64,000 bases of DNA from an uncultured Thermoleophilia bacterium (lineage in GTDB: Bacteria > Actinomycetota > Thermoleophilia > UBA2241). Of the stretch, positions 62,937-64,000 are shown piece by piece. The DNA lies in the NCBI GenBank assembly GCA_963702475.1, contig CAVPCT010000002.1, positions 128,001 through 192,000 of the forward strand, written 5' to 3'. The notes beneath the pieces were generated by a model, which ran no database searches, was not told the DNA's origin, and saw nothing but the letters and a program-made list of their open reading frames with translations. Position numbers and translations under genes: made by a program. Every line of letters begins with the position of its first letter. The stretch's first letter is position 1.

Positions 62937-63956
62937 GTGTCACTCACGCCAAGGCAAGAAGGGGTCCTGCGGGCCGTCATCGAGGAGTACATCGCCTCGG
63001 GCGCGCCGGTCGGCTCCAAGCACCTCAGTGAGCACTTCGCCTTCGGGGTCGCCGCCTCCACCATCCGTAACGACCTCGCCGACCTCGAGGACATGGGCAT
63101 GCTCGCTCACCCCCACACGTCTGCCGGACGGGTGCCCACCGACACGGGCTACAGGCACTATGTGAACGTCATCGTCGGCGAGCGTCGAGAGGCGCCGCCG
63201 GCGTTCTTCGCCGAGCGCGACCGCGCCCGCAGCGAGATCGACGACGCTCTGCGCGAGACGGCTGAGGCCCTCTCGCGCGTCACCGAACTGCTCGCCGTCG
63301 TCTCGGCTCCCGCGATGACGACGTCGACCATCCGCCACGTCGAGGTCCTCTCCCTGCAGCCGCACCTGGTCATGGTCGTGATCATCACCACGTCGGGGCA
63401 GGTCACCAAGCGCGTCTTCCAGCTGCAGAGGGCCGTGGACGAGGGCCTGGCGGAGTTCGCACGGGTGTACCTCAACGAACGCCTGGTGGGTGCGCAGCTG
63501 GGCACGCGCCGCATCGCCGCGGCCTTCGACAGCCTGGACCTGCGGCCCCGGGAGCGCGCGTTCCTCGAGACGGTGCGCCCGGCGTTCGAGACGCCCGGAC
63601 CGGGCGATCTGGAGAGTCTCCATTTCGGCGGCACTTCGCGCCTGTTCGACAACCTCAGCCGCGAGGGCGCGGGACATCTCCACGAGGTCCTCGAGATGCT
63701 CGAGCACAGGTACAACCTGCTCGAGTTGCTCTCGGACGCTCTGCGCGAGGACGGCGTGTACCTCCGTATCGGCCACGAGATGACGCCACCATCGCTGCAG
63801 GAGTGCTCGCTCGTGGCGGCCAACTACGGCGTGGCCAACCGCAACCTGGGTACGGTCAGCGTGCTCGGGCCCACGCGCATGGACTACCAGCTTGTGATCG
63901 CCACGGTGCGCGCGACCGCGGACAGCCTCAGTTCCTACCTCGAAGAGACCTGGTGA
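62937..63956 (+). CDS. hrcA: Heat-inducible transcription repressor
   Basis: PVGSK, STIRNDLADLE, PHTSAGRVPT..GYR, LGPTRMDY. Confidence 0.96.
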   Translation: MSLTPRQEGVLRAVIEEYIASGAPVGSKHLSEHFAFGVAASTIRNDLADLEDMGMLAHPHTSAGRVPTDTGYRHYVNVIVGERREAPPAFFAERDRARSEIDDALRETAEALSRVTELLAVVSAPAMTTSTIRHVEVLSLQPHLVMVVIITTSGQVTKRVFQLQRAVDEGLAEFARVYLNERLVGAQLGTRRIAAAFDSLDLRPRERAFLETVRPAFETPGPGDLESLHFGGTSRLFDNLSREGAGHLHEVLEMLEHRYNLLELLSDALREDGVYLRIGHEMTPPSLQECSLVAANYGVANRNLGTVSVLGPTRMDYQLVIATVRATADSLSSYLEETW

Positions 63957-63978
63957 TGATCGTGACCCTTGACCGCCC

Positions 63979-64000
63979 ATGAAGCGCGACTACTACGACG
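63979..64000 (+). CDS. dnaJ: 5' start of chaperone DnaJ (truncated by the window edge)
   Basis: MKRDYYD immediately after hrcA. Confidence 0.75.

Overview
A very GC-rich (roughly 70%) bacterial chromosome segment with actinobacterial gene content and synteny; a Thermoleophilia/Rubrobacteria-like lineage is an inference. It is mostly housekeeping: a sulfur/cysteine operon (Rrf2-cysK-MoeB/ThiF-larE-cysE), pcrA, otsB, pyrF, a dcw cluster (mraZ to ftsZ), secDF, tRNA-Ala(GGC), and the conserved run leuS-comEA-comEC-holA-rpsT-murJ-lepA-hemW-hrcA-dnaJ. That run is interrupted by accessory blocks: a YxlEFG-like ABC system plus a multicopper oxidase, and a DUF4082-like lipoprotein, a cyclase-STAND fusion, an MDR oxidoreductase and NagZ. 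I saw no CRISPR array, integrase or transposase. Main leads: (1) a one-protein transmembrane receptor, adenylate cyclase + STAND NTPase + TM + catalytically dead HtrA protease + PDZ; (2) a [4Fe-4S]-type LarE plus an E1-like enzyme embedded in a CysK/CysE operon under a CymR/IscR-like regulator, a possible Ttu-like sulfur relay; (3) a 'lysA' that looks more like D-ornithine/D-lysine decarboxylase; (4) a second Rrf2-like operator upstream of the multicopper oxidase. Several single-base frameshifts in the first ~20 kb, including in ftsI and rsmH, are most likely assembly errors. All calls come from reading motifs by eye; no searches were run.
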